Assembly: GCF_020745735.1 (NCBI RefSeq)
Contig: NC_083407.1
Span: forward strand, 89,209,857-89,273,856
Direction of reading: 5' to 3'
DNA length: 64,000 bases
Source of the DNA: Hemiscyllium ocellatum
Taxonomy: Eukaryota
This document shows, piece by piece, positions 63,251 to 64,000 of this stretch. The position numbers were made by a program, and so were the translations under genes. Position 1 is the stretch's first letter. Every line of letters starts with the position of its first letter. The notes under the pieces are model-generated. The model searched no databases and was not told the origin of the DNA. It saw only the letters and a list, made by a program, of their open reading frames with translations.

Positions 63251-64000
63251 GAAGCCAAACGCCAGCTCGCGGACGCCTCCTCTTATCGCCCCCTTGACCA
63301 CGACCCCACCTCCCACCACCAAACCATCATCTCCCAGACCATCCAGGACCTCATCACCTCAGGGGATCTCCCATCCACTGCCTCCAACCTCATAGTCCCA
63401 CAACCCCGCACCGCCCGTTTCTACCTCCTGCCCAAAATCCACAAACCTGCCTGCCCCGGCCTACCCATTGTCTCAGCCTGCTCCTGCCCCACCGAACTCA
63501 TCTCCCAATACCTCGACACGGTCCTGTCCCCTTTAGTCCAAGAACTCCCCACCTACGTTCGGGACACCACCCACGCCCTCCACCTCCTCCAGGATTTTCG
63601 CTTCCCCGGTCCCCAACGCCTTATTTTCACTATGGACATCCAGTCCCTGTACACCTCCATCCCCCATCACGAAGGACTCAAAGCCCTCCGCTTCTTCCTT
63701 TCCCGCCGCACTAACCAGTACCCTTCCACTGACACCCTCCTTCGACTGACTGAACTGGTCCTCACCCTGAATAACTTCTCTTTTCAATCCTCCCACTTCC
63801 TCCAAACTAAAGGAGTTGCCATGGGCACCCGCATGGGCCCCAGCTATGCCTGCCTCTTCGTAGGATATGTGGAACAGTCCATCTTCCGCAACTACACTGG
63901 CACCACCCCCCACCTTTTCCTCCGCTACATCGATGACTGTATCGGCGCTGCCTCGTGCTCCCACGAGGAGGTTGAACAGTTCATCAACTTTACTAACACC
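63251..64000 (+). mobile_element. Young 5'-truncated Penelope-like element RT, open frame running off the window
   Basis: 250 uninterrupted codons: FYLLPKIHK, PIVS, TMDIQSLYTSIPH, GVAMGTRMGPSYA, RYIDD (63926-63937). Confidence 0.93.

Noticed and set aside
63533-63964. 143-aa minus-strand ORF and similar antisense ORFs (343-636, 2793-3530, 37555-37971, 44977-45309)
   Set aside because: Antisense shadows of retroelement coding sequence.

Overview
Vertebrate genomic DNA, almost certainly a cartilaginous fish: it carries HE1-type V-SINEs and HER1/CR1-type LINEs typical of sharks. The window holds a tandem array of six gamma-crystallin paralogues, all on the minus strand and about 9.5-12.5 kb apart, with the canonical 9/243/276-bp three-exon structure. 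Copies 1 (6734-8040), 3 (28126-30625) and 5 (49162-52497) are intact and encode 175-aa proteins. Copies 2, 4 and 6 are pseudogenes. Intergenic and intronic DNA is mostly retroelement-derived: CR1 LINEs, Penelope-like elements (PLEs) whose repeats carry minimal hammerhead-ribozyme motifs and form TSD-flanked hairpin mini-elements, a Rex1/Babar LINE, V-SINEs, a decayed Gypsy element and a Harbinger-type remnant. Four signals stand out. (i) Pseudogenes 2 and 6 are wrecked except for exon 2, which is almost pristine and, in copy 2, mosaic; this points to exon-restricted gene conversion. (ii) A Sox-octamer composite-like motif sits at a fixed 31-nt distance from the TATA box, with Maf (MARE)-like sites nearby. 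(iii) PLE palindromic hammerhead mini-elements occur in several copies, one with a target-site copy in its hairpin loop. (iv) A linker CpG codon is mutated in three copies, giving a last-exon stop that could yield a single-domain crystallin. All coordinates and mismatch counts were made by eye; no database searches were run.
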